From the NCBI GenBank assembly GCA_004212155.1, contig RXIG01000015.1, positions 1 through 64,000 on the forward strand: DNA of 64,000 nucleotides, in the 5' to 3' direction. Below are positions 37,517 to 48,617 of this stretch, piece after piece (the first letter of the stretch is position 1; every line of letters starts with the position of its first letter). Source of the stretch: an archaeon (GTDB lineage: Archaea; Methanobacteriota_B; Thermococci; Methanofastidiosales; NM3). Below the pieces are notes generated by a model. The model was not told where the DNA came from. It searched no databases and saw only the letters and a list, made by a program, of their open reading frames with translations. Position numbers and translations under genes: made by a program.

Positions 37517-39949
37517 ATGGAGAACGTTGAGAGCGCGATACGGGAGATAAACATCGAGGACGAGATGAAGGAGTCCTATCTCAACTACGCAATGAGCGTC
37601 ATCGTGAGCCGGGCACTCCCCGACGTACGTGATGGGCTCAAACCAGTACAACGCCGCATACTGTACTCAATGTACGAATCCGGCATCACATCATCAAAAC
37701 CGCACAAGAAATCGGCACGCGTCGTTGGTGACGTGCTTGGCAAGTATCATCCTCATGGTGACAGCGCCGTCTATGACACGATGGTCCGCATGGCACAGAA
37801 CTTCTCCATGCGCTACCCGCTCATCGACGGACAAGGCAACTTCGGTTCGGTCGACGGAGACTCTGCGGCCGCAATGCGCTACACCGAGGCCCGTCTCTCA
37901 AAGATTGCCGAAGAGCTTGTGCATGACATTGACAAGAATACGGTCGACTTCGTCTTCAATTACGACAATACGATAGAGGAACCGACCGTGCTCCCATCGA
38001 TGGCGCCCAACCTGCTCCTCAACGGCGCATCAGGTATCGCGGTGGGCATGGCGACCAAGATCCCGCCACACAACCTATGTGAGGTCGTGGACGGCATCAC
38101 GGCGCTCATCGACGACCCCGACATGGAAGACAAGGAGCTCTTCTCGATCATCAAGGGGCCGGACTTCCCAACAGGTGGCATCATCTACGGGGGGTACGGC
38201 ATCATTTCGGGTTACAAGACGGGAAGGGGTCCGATACGTGTTCGCTCGCGCGTCGACATCGAGGAGAAGGAAACGGAAAAGCGCATCATCGTGAACGAGA
38301 TACCCTACGAGGTCAACAAGACTACACTGCTTGAGCAGATCGCCGAACTTGTCAAATCAAAACGCATTGATGGCATACGCGACCTGCGCGACGAGTCTGA
38401 CAGGAGCGGCCTTCGCATCGTCATCGACCTCAAGAAGGAGGCAAACGCCAACGTCATTCTCAATCAACTCTACAAGCATACCAACATGCAGACCACGTTC
38501 GCCACGAACATGCTCGCACTCGTCGACAACAAGCCGATCGTGCTTACGCTGCGCAAGCTCATACGCTACTATCTGCAGCACAGATTTACCGTCATACGAA
38601 ACAGGACCCAGTACGACCTCGACAAGGCGCTGCAGCGTGCACACGTCCTTGAAGGCCTCATCACGGCACTCGAACACCTCGACGACGTGATCGCCATCAT
38701 CAAGAAGGCAAAGAATCCGGAGGAAGCACGCACTGCGCTCGTTGAGTCGTTCGGATTGAGCGAGACCCAGGCACAGGCCATACTCGACATGCGCCTAGCA
38801 CGCCTCACCAACATGGAACAGGAAAAGATCAGAACAGACCTTGCAGAGGTACTTACACAGATCGATGACTACCGGGACATCCTGGCCCACGACGAACGCG
38901 TCTATGTCATCATCAAGGCTGAGCTCGCATACCTGAAGGAGAAGTACGGCGACAAACGACGGACGGAGATCGTATATGATGGCACCGACTTCGAGGACGA
39001 GGATCTCATCCCTGAGGAGGACGTCGTCATCACGGTATCACACGAAGGATACATCAAACGCACACCCATTGACACCTACCGTATGCAGCGTCGCGGAGGC
39101 GTCGGAGTGATGGCATCGAGCACCAAGGAAGAGGACTTCATAGAACATATCTTCATAACGAACACGCACGATTACATCCTCTTTTTCACCAACACGGGAA
39201 AGGTCTACTGGAAGAAGGCGTATCAGATACCAGCAGGCGGCAGGGCGTCAAGAGGCAAGGCCGCCATCAATCTCATCAACACCGACCCGGGCGAATACAT
39301 ATACGCCCTTATACCCATAAAGGACTTCACCGATTACCACTACCTCTTCTTCACGACGAAGAAGGGATATGTGAAAAAGACCCCTCTCTCCGCGTTCTCG
39401 CGCCCTCGTGCAGGCGGCATCATCGCACTCACGCTCGAGGACGATGATGAGCTCATGAAGGTACGAAAGACCGATGGCAACGACCTGATCATGCTCGGTA
39501 CGAGGAAGGGCAACACGATCCTCTTTGATGAAAACGACGTAAGGCCTATGGGACGAAGTGCGCGGGGCGTGCATGGCATACGCCTCAAGAAGAAAGACGA
39601 GGTCGTCGGCATGGACATCGCACATGAGGGCGACAAGGTCTTTTCCATCACAGAACATGGCTATGGCAAGCTGACCCCAGTCTCCGACTACCCCTTGCAG
39701 CGTCGTGGCGGGATGGGCGTCAAGAACATCAAGACAGGGAGCCGAAACGGCGATGCGATCGCCCTCAGGACTGTGAAGAGGGGCGATGAGCTCATGATCA
39801 TCAGCGCCGACGGCACTATGATCCGTACGCATACGCAAAACATCTCTACCCTTGGCAGGAACACGAAAGGCGTGATAGTCATGCGGCTTCGTGAAGGTGA
39901 CAAGGTCAGCGCTGTCGCCCGCATTCCCGAAAAGATCGAAGAAGAATGA
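37517..39949 (+). CDS. gyrA: DNA gyrase subunit A
   Basis: [31 protein letters not shown], GyrA-box QRRGGVG, beta-pinwheel repeats. Confidence 0.97.
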   Translation: MENVESAIREINIEDEMKESYLNYAMSVIVSRALPDVRDGLKPVQRRILYSMYESGITSSKPHKKSARVVGDVLGKYHPHGDSAVYDTMVRMAQNFSMRYPLIDGQGNFGSVDGDSAAAMRYTEARLSKIAEELVHDIDKNTVDFVFNYDNTIEEPTVLPSMAPNLLLNGASGIAVGMATKIPPHNLCEVVDGITALIDDPDMEDKELFSIIKGPDFPTGGIIYGGYGIISGYKTGRGPIRVRSRVDIEEKETEKRIIVNEIPYEVNKTTLLEQIAELVKSKRIDGIRDLRDESDRSGLRIVIDLKKEANANVILNQLYKHTNMQTTFATNMLALVDNKPIVLTLRKLIRYYLQHRFTVIRNRTQYDLDKALQRAHVLEGLITALEHLDDVIAIIKKAKNPEEARTALVESFGLSETQAQAILDMRLARLTNMEQEKIRTDLAEVLTQIDDYRDILAHDERVYVIIKAELAYLKEKYGDKRRTEIVYDGTDFEDEDLIPEEDVVITVSHEGYIKRTPIDTYRMQRRGGVGVMASSTKEEDFIEHIFITNTHDYILFFTNTGKVYWKKAYQIPAGGRASRGKAAINLINTDPGEYIYALIPIKDFTDYHYLFFTTKKGYVKKTPLSAFSRPRAGGIIALTLEDDDELMKVRKTDGNDLIMLGTRKGNTILFDENDVRPMGRSARGVHGIRLKKKDEVVGMDIAHEGDKVFSITEHGYGKLTPVSDYPLQRRGGMGVKNIKTGSRNGDAIALRTVKRGDELMIISADGTMIRTHTQNISTLGRNTKGVIVMRLREGDKVSAVARIPEKIEEE

Positions 39950-39980
39950 GCAATCGTGCAAACACGATGTTCCAACAAGG

Positions 39981-40053
39981 TGGGCTCGGCGGGATTCGAA
40001 CCCGCGATATCAAGGTCCGAAGCCTTGCGCCCTATCCACTAGACTACGAGCCC
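39981..40053 (-). tRNA. tRNA-Arg(TCG)
   Basis: GGGCTCG...CAAGG-CT-TCG-GA-CCTTG...GGTTCGAATCC...CGAGCCCA. Confidence 0.93.
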
Positions 40054-40128
40054 ATCCTATTACATACCCCACCGTTTAAAAAAGTTATGGGATTATGGGG
40101 ACATCGACCATGCGATCCCTTTTGCCAT

Positions 40129-41475
40129 CTACACGATATGCGGGATGTCGGAGGTGGACGTGGGGAATGCAAACATCGCTTCCTGCAGATCGCTCGCATG
40201 AAACCCCTTCCTGATGGCAAGTGCCAATACGTTGATCATGTCTCCTGCCTGCGGCGCCATGATGTGTGCGCCAAGCAGGCGGCCACTTCCCCTCTCTTCA
40301 ATGACGCGGCTCCAAGCATGGGTGTTTCCCACCTGGCGCGATGATAACCACGACGAGAGGTCGTGCTCGCGTACGACAACATCCAGCCCCTGCTTTTTGG
40401 CCGATTCCTCAGTATGTCCGACCGATGCCACCTGCGGGATGCCAAACAGTATCGATGGCACGGCATCGTAATCGATGGTCGAACGATTCCCGTTGAGAAT
40501 GTTGTCGGCAACGATCTGGCCTTCGCGAATGGCAACGGGCTGGAGCGGCGGGGAGACGCCTCCGACGGCGTCACCTGCGGCATAGACAGCCTCGTTTGAC
40601 ACGCTCTGAAGATGGTTCGTCACGGCCACGCCCCGCGGGGAACGTTCGACATTGCCTGCGGAGAGGTCGAGCGCATCGAGCTGTGGCACGCGTCCGGCAC
40701 CGTGGACCACGAGGTCAGCTGCATACCTCCTTTGATCGCCCGACGTTTGCACCGTATATTCATCGCCATTCCATTTGACACCGGTCACGGGCGCATTCAC
40801 GACTACGTTGATGCCCGCATCCCTAGATGCCTCCACGAAGTGTTGCACGAGCACCGGATCGAACTGTTTGAGGGGCTGCTCGCTTCTGTGGAGGATCGTT
40901 ACGTCCGCGCCTGCGCGTGCGGCAACATGCGCGAACTCGAAAGAGATGTATCCTCCGCCCACGAAGACGATGCGGGCAGGAAGCTCATCGAGCCCTAGGA
41001 AGTCCTCGTTCGTGACGAGATGATCGGCGCCGGGGAACGAGAGCTGCCGAGGCATCGCCCCGCTCGCTATAACGATGTGTGTTGACGAAAGCGACGTGCA
41101 TCCTACCTTCATCGTCGAGGAAGATATGAAACGCGCAGTGCCCTGGAACGAACGTATGCCCAGTTGCTTGTACTCCTCAAGTCGAGCCTCCGTGACGGGG
41201 TCGGTGAACTCTCGCTTGAACGCGACAAGACCCGGCCAATCGACAGGTGCGGGAGACGCAAAGACGCCTTTTTCAGAAAGTGAACGGTGATGTTCACCGA
41301 TCGTCGATGCTCCCACAAGCACTTTCTTCGGGGTGCATCCACGCAGCGCACACGTCCCCCCGAACGGGTCATGGTCGACGACCGCCACTGAAAGGCCCTC
41401 ATCGTTACATGCATGGGCAACAGTATTTCCCGCACTGCCAGAACCGATTACCACGACATCGAATTGATCCATCAT
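40129..41475 (-). CDS. Pyridine nucleotide-disulfide oxidoreductase (glutathione/gamma-Glu-Cys reductase-like)
   Basis: GSGSAG, GGTCALRGCTPKK redox pair, GGGYISFEFA, C-terminal FPT...D. Confidence 0.88.
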   Translation of the reverse strand: MMDQFDVVVIGSGSAGNTVAHACNDEGLSVAVVDHDPFGGTCALRGCTPKKVLVGASTIGEHHRSLSEKGVFASPAPVDWPGLVAFKREFTDPVTEARLEEYKQLGIRSFQGTARFISSSTMKVGCTSLSSTHIVIASGAMPRQLSFPGADHLVTNEDFLGLDELPARIVFVGGGYISFEFAHVAARAGADVTILHRSEQPLKQFDPVLVQHFVEASRDAGINVVVNAPVTGVKWNGDEYTVQTSGDQRRYAADLVVHGAGRVPQLDALDLSAGNVERSPRGVAVTNHLQSVSNEAVYAAGDAVGGVSPPLQPVAIREGQIVADNILNGNRSTIDYDAVPSILFGIPQVASVGHTEESAKKQGLDVVVREHDLSSWLSSRQVGNTHAWSRVIEERGSGRLLGAHIMAPQAGDMINVLALAIRKGFHASDLQEAMFAFPTSTSDIPHIV

Positions 41476-41529
41476 GACACCATATGCTAATAGAGAGCTA
41501 GATATTTAAAAGATTGCAAGCTAGGCATT

Positions 41530-42354
41530 GTGATGGCCAGGGAAAACGATGAATGGGTGCGTTCATTTCAGCGCATCATCTATGCTTATTACAACGAGCA
41601 CAAACGGCCATTTCGGTGGCGCGAAACGCACGATCCGTACGCCATACTCGTCTCCGAGGTCATGCTGCAACAAACGCAGACATCGCGTGTTCGGGACAAG
41701 TACGATGCGTTCCTAACGGCTTTTCCGACGTTTGAATCGCTTGCGCAGGCGCCCACAGCCGATGTGCTCGAACTCTGGCAGGGGCTCGGCTACAACAAGC
41801 GCGCGCTTTCACTCAAACGGACGGCAAAGGTCATCATGGAACGACACGGCAGCAAGCTTCCCTCAGACGAATCCGAGCTGCGTGCGCTTCCGGGAATCGG
41901 AACATATACTGCCGCCGCCCTACGCGTGTTCGCGTTCAATGTGCCTGCACCCGTCATTGACACGAATGTCCGCGCGGTCTATATACATTTCTTCTCTGAC
42001 GGCTCGACGAATGTGCGAGACACAGACCTGCTGCCCCTGATACGCGACACGTTCGACACGGACCATCCGAGGGAATGGGTCTATGCACTCATGGACTATG
42101 GTGTATATCTCAAAAGGAACATGAAAAATCCCGCGCGCAATAGCACGGCTTACAAGAAACAATCTCGGTTCGAGGGATCGAACAGGCAGGTGCGTGGCAT
42201 GATAGTGCGCTTCCTCCTCGATGGAAAGCACTCGGCAAGAGAAGTCGCCAAAGGGATCGATATTGACGAGACGATGGTCAAAAAGGCCCTTGAGACGCTT
42301 GTCAAAGACGGCATCTTGACATGCCGAGATGACACCTACGCCATCGTTTCATAA
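41530..42354 (+). CDS. MutY-like A/G adenine glycosylase (HhH-GPD, no Fe-S cluster)
   Basis: VSEVMLQQTQ, WQGLGY, LPGIGTYTA, DTNVR, QSRFEGSNRQVRG. Confidence 0.88.
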   Translation: MMARENDEWVRSFQRIIYAYYNEHKRPFRWRETHDPYAILVSEVMLQQTQTSRVRDKYDAFLTAFPTFESLAQAPTADVLELWQGLGYNKRALSLKRTAKVIMERHGSKLPSDESELRALPGIGTYTAAALRVFAFNVPAPVIDTNVRAVYIHFFSDGSTNVRDTDLLPLIRDTFDTDHPREWVYALMDYGVYLKRNMKNPARNSTAYKKQSRFEGSNRQVRGMIVRFLLDGKHSAREVAKGIDIDETMVKKALETLVKDGILTCRDDTYAIVS

Positions 42355-42362
42355 CGATGCTC

Positions 42363-42851
42363 CTACCGTTCGTGGAGCATGCGGGCCATCGTCACAAGCT
42401 CCTCGACCTCCTCTGGCGATGAGTATCCATTCCCACGCCACCTGATGAACCCGCTCTTGTCAAGGAGGAACGCATAGCAGATGCCACGATCCTCAAGCGC
42501 GAGAAGGGAGCTATACACCTCGAAGTTCCCATAATAGGTAACTACGTTGTGATGCCTCTTTTCAGGGACGCCGGCACGCATGCCATCATCGATGAATCGT
42601 GAGAACATGCGCCCCCACAATCCCGCGATCATGGGGACCTCGAAGTAGGTATATCGCCCCGCTCCACACAGATGGCGTTCGAATGGGCCGATCCATGAAT
42701 CTACCATGCTTTGTGCCTGGCGCTCGAACGCGAGTACGATGAGCGCCACCATGCCCTGGGCGTCATCGGGGAGCGTTACGTCGCGCTGATCGAGCGCATG
42801 CCCCCGTATCTGGGGAAACCGTTCACCGACCACATCTTCTGTCTCCGGCAT
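42363..42851 (-). CDS. ATP10-like thioredoxin-fold protein
   Basis: FP...G..L....TLP, AF.R.AQ..VDSW, IDDGMRAG.P, LLD..G.IRW.G.G. Confidence 0.7.
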   Translation of the reverse strand: MPETEDVVGERFPQIRGHALDQRDVTLPDDAQGMVALIVLAFERQAQSMVDSWIGPFERHLCGAGRYTYFEVPMIAGLWGRMFSRFIDDGMRAGVPEKRHHNVVTYYGNFEVYSSLLALEDRGICYAFLLDKSGFIRWRGNGYSSPEEVEELVTMARMLHER

Positions 42852-42900
42852 AGTACTACTGTGCACTGAGACCATAAAGATATTTGTCCACAAAACGGCA

Positions 42901-43512
42901 TCAGCTGTGCGTGCGGGGCGTGATCACGCGTTCGAGCAGGGTAAACGACACATCGATGAATATGGCGATACCTATTGTGGGAAGGGATCCGGCGATGATC
43001 TTGTCGGTATTGAGATTCGAGAGACCAGAGAATATGACAGAACCCAATCCCCCGCTTCCGATGATGGCGGTGAGTATGGCGATACTGTTGGCCAGGATGG
43101 CGGCGAACTTCATGCCTGCGAACATGGCAGGATACGAGTGTGGGAGACGTATGTATCGTATGATCTGCCATTCGGTGAGGCCGAGGCCCCGGGCCGAGGA
43201 GACGGCCGACGCATCGATGTCCTTGAGGCCGATATAGGTGTTCTTGATGATTGGAAGGAGCGCGCGGACGACGATGGCTATGACCGCGGGTGTGAACCCG
43301 ATGCCGAGAAGCGGTACGACGATGGCCACGACGGCAAAGCTTGGAATCGCCTGGAGCAGGTTTGCCAATGTCAAGACCGCATTCGAGAGCCGCTTGCTGA
43401 AAAGCGAGAGTATGGCAAGCGGTATGGCCGTCACCACGCTGAAAAACAGTGCCCCGTAGGTGAGGGTGAGATGCTGTATCGTTGCATTGGTAAGCGTATC
43501 AACGGGTACCAT
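42901..43512 (-). CDS. Osmoprotectant ABC transporter permease (OpuC/OsmF type)
   Basis: Q.IPS, LLPIIKNTY.G, ARGLG, IG.GGLG. Confidence 0.9.
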   Translation of the reverse strand: MVPVDTLTNATIQHLTLTYGALFFSVVTAIPLAILSLFSKRLSNAVLTLANLLQAIPSFAVVAIVVPLLGIGFTPAVIAIVVRALLPIIKNTYIGLKDIDASAVSSARGLGLTEWQIIRYIRLPHSYPAMFAGMKFAAILANSIAILTAIIGSGGLGSVIFSGLSNLNTDKIIAGSLPTIGIAIFIDVSFTLLERVITPRTHS

Positions 43513-44161
43513 CGCGGTTCACCTCCAGACGATGCTCGATCATCCCGGCGACCGAATCAAGGATGAGTGCGAGCAAGCCGACCCATAGTCCCGTGACGAT
43601 GATAATGTCCTTGTCATAGAGCTGAATGCCCGTCTGTAGGGGGGCACCGAGACCGCCTGCCGCGATGAGACCGCCAAGTGTTACGACCCCCATGGTGAAG
43701 ACGAGGGCGATGCGTATGCCTCCTGCGATGAGCGGAAGAGCAAGGGGAAACCGTACTTTGCGTAATATCTCGGAATCGGAAAGACCGAGTGCCTCGGCAA
43801 CGAGGATATGCTCCTTGTCCACGCTCGTAAGGCCCGTGTAGGTGTTTCGTGCGATGGGGAGGATGGAGTAGATGATGGACGTGACGATCGTTGGCTTCAT
43901 ACCCAACCCCAGAAGAGGAAGCAGCAGCACGAGGAGCGCAAGCGTGGGTATCGTCTCTGCTATGTTGAGAACGTTGAAAAGCACGGTTGCGACACGGAAT
44001 CGGCGATAGACGATGACGCCCACAATGATGCCGACGATGCTCGCGACGACGAGGGCAATGGCGAACATGGTGAGGTGTTCGACCGTCCGCTGCGTAAGCT
44101 GCTGCAACTCCCATACGTCCATGATTCGATCGATGATGTTCATGGCAACACACTCATACAA
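43499..44161 (-). CDS. Osmoprotectant ABC transporter permease
   Basis: TIPTLA, LPI.RNTY.G, PLALPLI..GIR, I.AGGLG. Confidence 0.9.
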   Translation of the reverse strand: MYECVAMNIIDRIMDVWELQQLTQRTVEHLTMFAIALVVASIVGIIVGVIVYRRFRVATVLFNVLNIAETIPTLALLVLLLPLLGLGMKPTIVTSIIYSILPIARNTYTGLTSVDKEHILVAEALGLSDSEILRKVRFPLALPLIAGGIRIALVFTMGVVTLGGLIAAGGLGAPLQTGIQLYDKDIIIVTGLWVGLLALILDSVAGMIEHRLEVNRDGTR

Positions 44162-45278
44162 GTCGCAGCAACGTTTCGTTCATGCTGATAATGCCCGTTG
44201 GTTGCCCATCGCGAGACGTGACGACGGCCATGGGAATGCCATGCGCCTTCATCTCGGATAGGGCCGCGGGAAGAGAATCGTTGGCATCGAAGATGAGTGG
44301 TTCGAATGCGTGGTCGCGCAGGCGGCCTTGGGCGTCACGGTAGAGGGAAAGCGCATTGACCAGTCCGATGATCTCCCCACCCTCCACAGCAAGGGCAACT
44401 TCGATGTCATGTTCATGCATTGAGGACAGGGCGTCCTTGCTGTCCATGCGCCCATCGAGCAGATGATCGTCATCAAGGGCATACGCCACATCGCCGACAC
44501 ACATCGTATCGACATGCTTGTACTTCTTGTTCGCATCGACTATATCGGCGACAAACGCGCTCTCGGGATGAAATATCAGTTCATATGCGGTGCCGACCTG
44601 GTCAAGCGAGGCATCGCGCATGATGGCAATCCTGTCGCCCAGCTTGAACGACTCCTCAATATCGTGCGTAACAAAAAGGATGGTCTTGCCGAGCTCCTCC
44701 TTGATCTTGGCGAACTCGTCTTGCAGCTGCATGCGCAAGATTGGGTCGAGCGCGCCGAATGGTTCGTCCATGAGCAGTATGGGGGGGTCCATGGCGAGGG
44801 CGCGAGCAAGACCAACACGCTGCTGCTGACCGCCGCTTAGCTCCTGTGGATAACGCCCGGAAAACACCTCTGGCGGTAGGGCGACAAGTGAGAGCAGTTC
44901 GTCGACGCGGGCATTGATATCGTCACGGGTCCATCCTTCGAGGCGCGGTATGAGCCCGATATTCTCGCGAACGGACATATGGGGGAACAATCCGATCTGC
45001 TGTATGACATATCCCATGTTGCGACGTAGCGTAACGGGGTCATGACCCCGTATATCCTGTCCGTCGATGGATATGCTGCCCTCATCAGGTTCGATGAGAC
45101 GATTCACCATGCGAAGCGTGGTGGTCTTGCCCGAACCGCTCGGGCCGATAAGGACGAGCAGCTCACCGCCGATGACATCAAGGCTCACGTCACGTACTGC
45201 ATAGATCGATCCGTACGTTTTTGTCACATGGGATATGGTAATCCCTTGGATCTTGTCAAAGAGGCGTCGCGAGGTCAC
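44154..45278 (-). CDS. Osmoprotectant ABC transporter ATPase with CBS domains
   Basis: GPSGSGKTT, LRR.MGYVIQQIGLFPH, LSGGQQQR, MDEPFGALDP. Confidence 0.92.
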   Translation of the reverse strand: MTSRRLFDKIQGITISHVTKTYGSIYAVRDVSLDVIGGELLVLIGPSGSGKTTTLRMVNRLIEPDEGSISIDGQDIRGHDPVTLRRNMGYVIQQIGLFPHMSVRENIGLIPRLEGWTRDDINARVDELLSLVALPPEVFSGRYPQELSGGQQQRVGLARALAMDPPILLMDEPFGALDPILRMQLQDEFAKIKEELGKTILFVTHDIEESFKLGDRIAIMRDASLDQVGTAYELIFHPESAFVADIVDANKKYKHVDTMCVGDVAYALDDDHLLDGRMDSKDALSSMHEHDIEVALAVEGGEIIGLVNALSLYRDAQGRLRDHAFEPLIFDANDSLPAALSEMKAHGIPMAVVTSRDGQPTGIISMNETLLRLV

Positions 45279-45305
45279 GGGAACGATCCCCAAAGGCAGG
45301 AAGGA

Positions 45306-46205
45306 TTACTCCGTGAGGAGTCCCTGGTCGACAAGGAAGTCGTATGCTATGTCGCGCGGCTCGCGCTTTTCAACATCGTATTCGTAGTTGAGCGCCCGCA
45401 TCGTGGCCGTATCGATGAGGTCGTTGAGCATGGCAAGCGATTCCATGAGCTCATCGTTGTCGGCGAGCTCCGCACGGGTGATGAGTATGGCATCATACGG
45501 CGGGAACGCGGCCTTGTCGTCCTCGAGCAGCACAAGGTCATACATGTCGACACGAGCATCTGTAGTGTAGGCACTTATGGCGTCCACCTCGTTGTTCTTG
45601 ATGGCCTCGTACATGAGCGTTGGTTGCATCTGTTTCACGCTGCCAAACGTGTAACCGTAGACCTTTTCGACCTGTGGGAGCCCGTCCTGTCGTGAAGCGA
45701 ACTCAGGGTCAGTGCCTATACTGAATGTGGCACCGTACTGTCCAAGCTCGGTAAGCGTCTCCACGCCATATGTAACAGCCCAATCCTCGTAGACGGCAAT
45801 GGCATAGTCGTCACGGAATCCGGGCCGCGCGGCGATCGATATGGAGTCCTCCTCCATAAGCTTCTCCTCGGCAGCAGCGTATATGGTCGACACATCCCAG
45901 GTATCGGGTGCGGGAAGCTTGAAAATAACGTTATATACCGTACCGGTATATTCAAGATACATGTCGATCTGACCTTTCTTGAGCGCCTCGTAGTTGACAA
46001 GCGTGCCGCCGAGACCCTCACGGACCTCCGTATCGTATCCATGCTCCTCGAGGAGGAGAGCAGCCATGTGAGCTATGATATATTGCTCGTTAAAGAGTTT
46101 TGAGCCGATCACGACCGTCTCATCGCCGTCTGAGGACCCAATGCATCCGCTTGCACAGACGACCATGATCGCTAGTCCGAACAGTGCTATCTTTCGAAAC
46201 ATCAA
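45306..46205 (-). CDS. Glycine betaine/choline ABC substrate-binding lipoprotein
   Basis: Lipobox ASGC, GSK.F.EQ.I, EYTGT, R.DGL, DD..AFPPYD. Confidence 0.92.
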   Translation of the reverse strand: MMFRKIALFGLAIMVVCASGCIGSSDGDETVVIGSKLFNEQYIIAHMAALLLEEHGYDTEVREGLGGTLVNYEALKKGQIDMYLEYTGTVYNVIFKLPAPDTWDVSTIYAAAEEKLMEEDSISIAARPGFRDDYAIAVYEDWAVTYGVETLTELGQYGATFSIGTDPEFASRQDGLPQVEKVYGYTFGSVKQMQPTLMYEAIKNNEVDAISAYTTDARVDMYDLVLLEDDKAAFPPYDAILITRAELADNDELMESLAMLNDLIDTATMRALNYEYDVEKREPRDIAYDFLVDQGLLTE

Positions 46206-46382
46206 AAAAACACCATATCACATAGAGAACATCATAATTTATATTTTGCCCAAACTATGCGCTAAAACGTCCTTTGCAAAAAGAACAACAAGATGTAGCA
46301 GAAATAATCCCTGTAATCGGAGGAATACAAAAAACAGTTAAGGATGAAATATGATAATGGTATAACACTACGAGGCGATCTA

Positions 46383-47234
46383 ATGAACGAACCCACCGTG
46401 GAATTGATCGAGCCTTCATGGCTCGAAGATCGATTGGATAAGGATATTCGTATCCTCGATGCTCAACCAAACATACACGACTATATCCAGGAACACATCC
46501 CCGGAGCGGTCTACTTTAACGAAGGATTGCTCAGGGTGCCATATCTGGGCAGACCGGGCGCTTACGTTGACGACGAGGTCGTGACGCACAACTTCGAGAG
46601 GGTCGGCATCACACCTTCCACCCCTGTGGCCGTTTATACTGCCAAGGGCGTTTTCAGCAAGATGGGGGAAGGACTTGCACAGACGATGATGGCGTACTCG
46701 CTGGCACGATTTGGTGTCGAGAACGTCTATGTGCTCAACGGCGGGCTTGATCGATGGAAGGAAGAGGAAAGGGAGCTCACGCAATTATTCCCCTCGATCG
46801 AGGAGTCGACATATGCGATGAAGAAATGGGACTCATTCGTCATTGAATACGACGAGTTCAAAGAGGTCAAGGACAACGACGGGGTGACATTGCTCGATGC
46901 TCGACCCTCTTCCTTTTACACGGGGCAGGGCCCCTGGATCAAACCGGGACACATCCCCGGCGCCATCAACCTCCCATGGAAGGGGCTTATGGCGGAAGGC
47001 AATCCCATGCAACTCAGGAGCATAGACGAGATACGAGACGTCCTCGATGAGAAGGGCATCTTCGAAGACAACTCCATCATATGCTCGTGCGGCACCGGAA
47101 GGGAGGCCACCAACGAGTTCCTTCTCTTCAAGTGGTACCTAGGCTTCCCCGACGTTCGCATCTATGAAGGATCGTTTACCGAGTGGTCGTCATATCCGGA
47201 CAACCCGACCGTTACCGGCCCTCTCCCATGGTAG
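46383..47234 (+). CDS. Tandem-domain sulfurtransferase (rhodanese)
   Basis: HIPGAV, DAR....Y.G, GHIPGA, active site CGTGRE, YEGSFTEW. Confidence 0.9.
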   Translation: MNEPTVELIEPSWLEDRLDKDIRILDAQPNIHDYIQEHIPGAVYFNEGLLRVPYLGRPGAYVDDEVVTHNFERVGITPSTPVAVYTAKGVFSKMGEGLAQTMMAYSLARFGVENVYVLNGGLDRWKEEERELTQLFPSIEESTYAMKKWDSFVIEYDEFKEVKDNDGVTLLDARPSSFYTGQGPWIKPGHIPGAINLPWKGLMAEGNPMQLRSIDEIRDVLDEKGIFEDNSIICSCGTGREATNEFLLFKWYLGFPDVRIYEGSFTEWSSYPDNPTVTGPLPW

Positions 47235-47245
47235 GGGGTGGTCTC

Positions 47246-48613
47246 ATGCTGTTTGAGAGGATAGAATCCGAGGGACTGGCACATTATTCCTACATCATCG
47301 GAGACAGGACGCAGGCTATCGTCATAGACCCGCGCCGTGACTGCGACATATATATCCAAAAGGCGCGCGAGGCAGGATGCCGCATCGCCCACATTCTCGA
47401 GACCCATCGCCATGAGGACTTCGTCGTGGGATCGATCGAGCTCTCCGTCAAGACAGGTGCACAGATATGGCATGCCGACGCAGACCTCAACTACAAATAC
47501 GGCACCGCGGTCCAGGATGGGCAGGAATGGCGCGTGGGTCGATTCAAGATAGAGGCGGTAGAGACGCCCGGCCACACAACGGGAAGCATGAGCTACCTGC
47601 TCTATGACCCGGACAAGACACCATGGGTCGTCTTCACGGGCGACACGCTCTTTGCAGGAGGTGTGGGGAGGACTGACCTCCTGGGAACAGACCGTATCGA
47701 ACAGATGTCAGGATACCTCTACGACAGCATATTCACATCGATACTTTCCCTCAATGACGGCGTCATCGTTTGTCCTGCGCATGGGTCTGGGTCCGTATGT
47801 GCCGAATCGATAGCAGAGAGGACGTGGACGACAGTGGGACTGGAGAGGAAGTTCAATCCTATGCTCCAATTCGATGACCGTGAGACGTTCATCAAAAACG
47901 TGGGCAAGGAGCTCGAGCGTCCCCCCTACTTCAAGAAGATGGAAAAGCTCAACGTGCGCGGACCGCCGCTCCTCAGCTCTTTGCAACGGCCCGCAGCGCT
48001 CTCGCCTCTCGACTTTGAGGAACGCATGGAGGATTCCTTCGTTCTTGACACCCGTTTTGAGCTCGAGTTCGGCGCGGCCCACGTACCTGGCGCCCTCTCC
48101 ATTTGGGAACAGGGGCTTGCCAGTTTCGTTGGGTGGTTCGTTCCCTACACGAAACGCATTATACTTGTCCCACGAACGGAAGATCCCCTCCCCGCACTGA
48201 CACAGCTTTACCGGATGGGATATGACGATGTGGCAGGATTCCTGCCAGGTGGCATGGTGGCCTGGCATATGTCCGGCAGACCCAGCGAACGGATAGAGAC
48301 GATGACGGTCCAGGAGTTGTGCACTAGGATAGATGACAAGGAAGGCACGTGGATACTCGATGTACGTGGCAAGGGGGAGATAGCGCAAAATGGCGCGATA
48401 CCTGGTGCCCACAATATCCACCTCACGCAGCTGCCCGAAGCCATAAACGATGTGCCAAAGGACAGAACCGTCTTCATCTTCTGCGGCAGCGGCCTGCGCT
48501 CCATGACTGCTGCAAGCCTGCTCAAGAGGAACGGATGGGACAACGTCAAGGTCGTCCTGGGGGGCCTTGCCGGATGGAGCTCGTCAACATGCCCTCTTGA
48601 TCAAACACCGTGA
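47246..48613 (+). CDS. MBL-fold hydrolase fused to rhodanese domains
   Basis: IDPRRD, ETH.HEDF, TPGHT, FTGD.LF, PAHG.GS.C, C-terminal FCGSG.RS. Confidence 0.9.
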   Translation: MLFERIESEGLAHYSYIIGDRTQAIVIDPRRDCDIYIQKAREAGCRIAHILETHRHEDFVVGSIELSVKTGAQIWHADADLNYKYGTAVQDGQEWRVGRFKIEAVETPGHTTGSMSYLLYDPDKTPWVVFTGDTLFAGGVGRTDLLGTDRIEQMSGYLYDSIFTSILSLNDGVIVCPAHGSGSVCAESIAERTWTTVGLERKFNPMLQFDDRETFIKNVGKELERPPYFKKMEKLNVRGPPLLSSLQRPAALSPLDFEERMEDSFVLDTRFELEFGAAHVPGALSIWEQGLASFVGWFVPYTKRIILVPRTEDPLPALTQLYRMGYDDVAGFLPGGMVAWHMSGRPSERIETMTVQELCTRIDDKEGTWILDVRGKGEIAQNGAIPGAHNIHLTQLPEAINDVPKDRTVFIFCGSGLRSMTAASLLKRNGWDNVKVVLGGLAGWSSSTCPLDQTP

Positions 48614-48617
48614 ATCC

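Noticed and set aside
40129-41475. Mercuric reductase MerA
   Set aside because: No C-terminal Cys-Cys pair, no NmerA domain and no other mer genes
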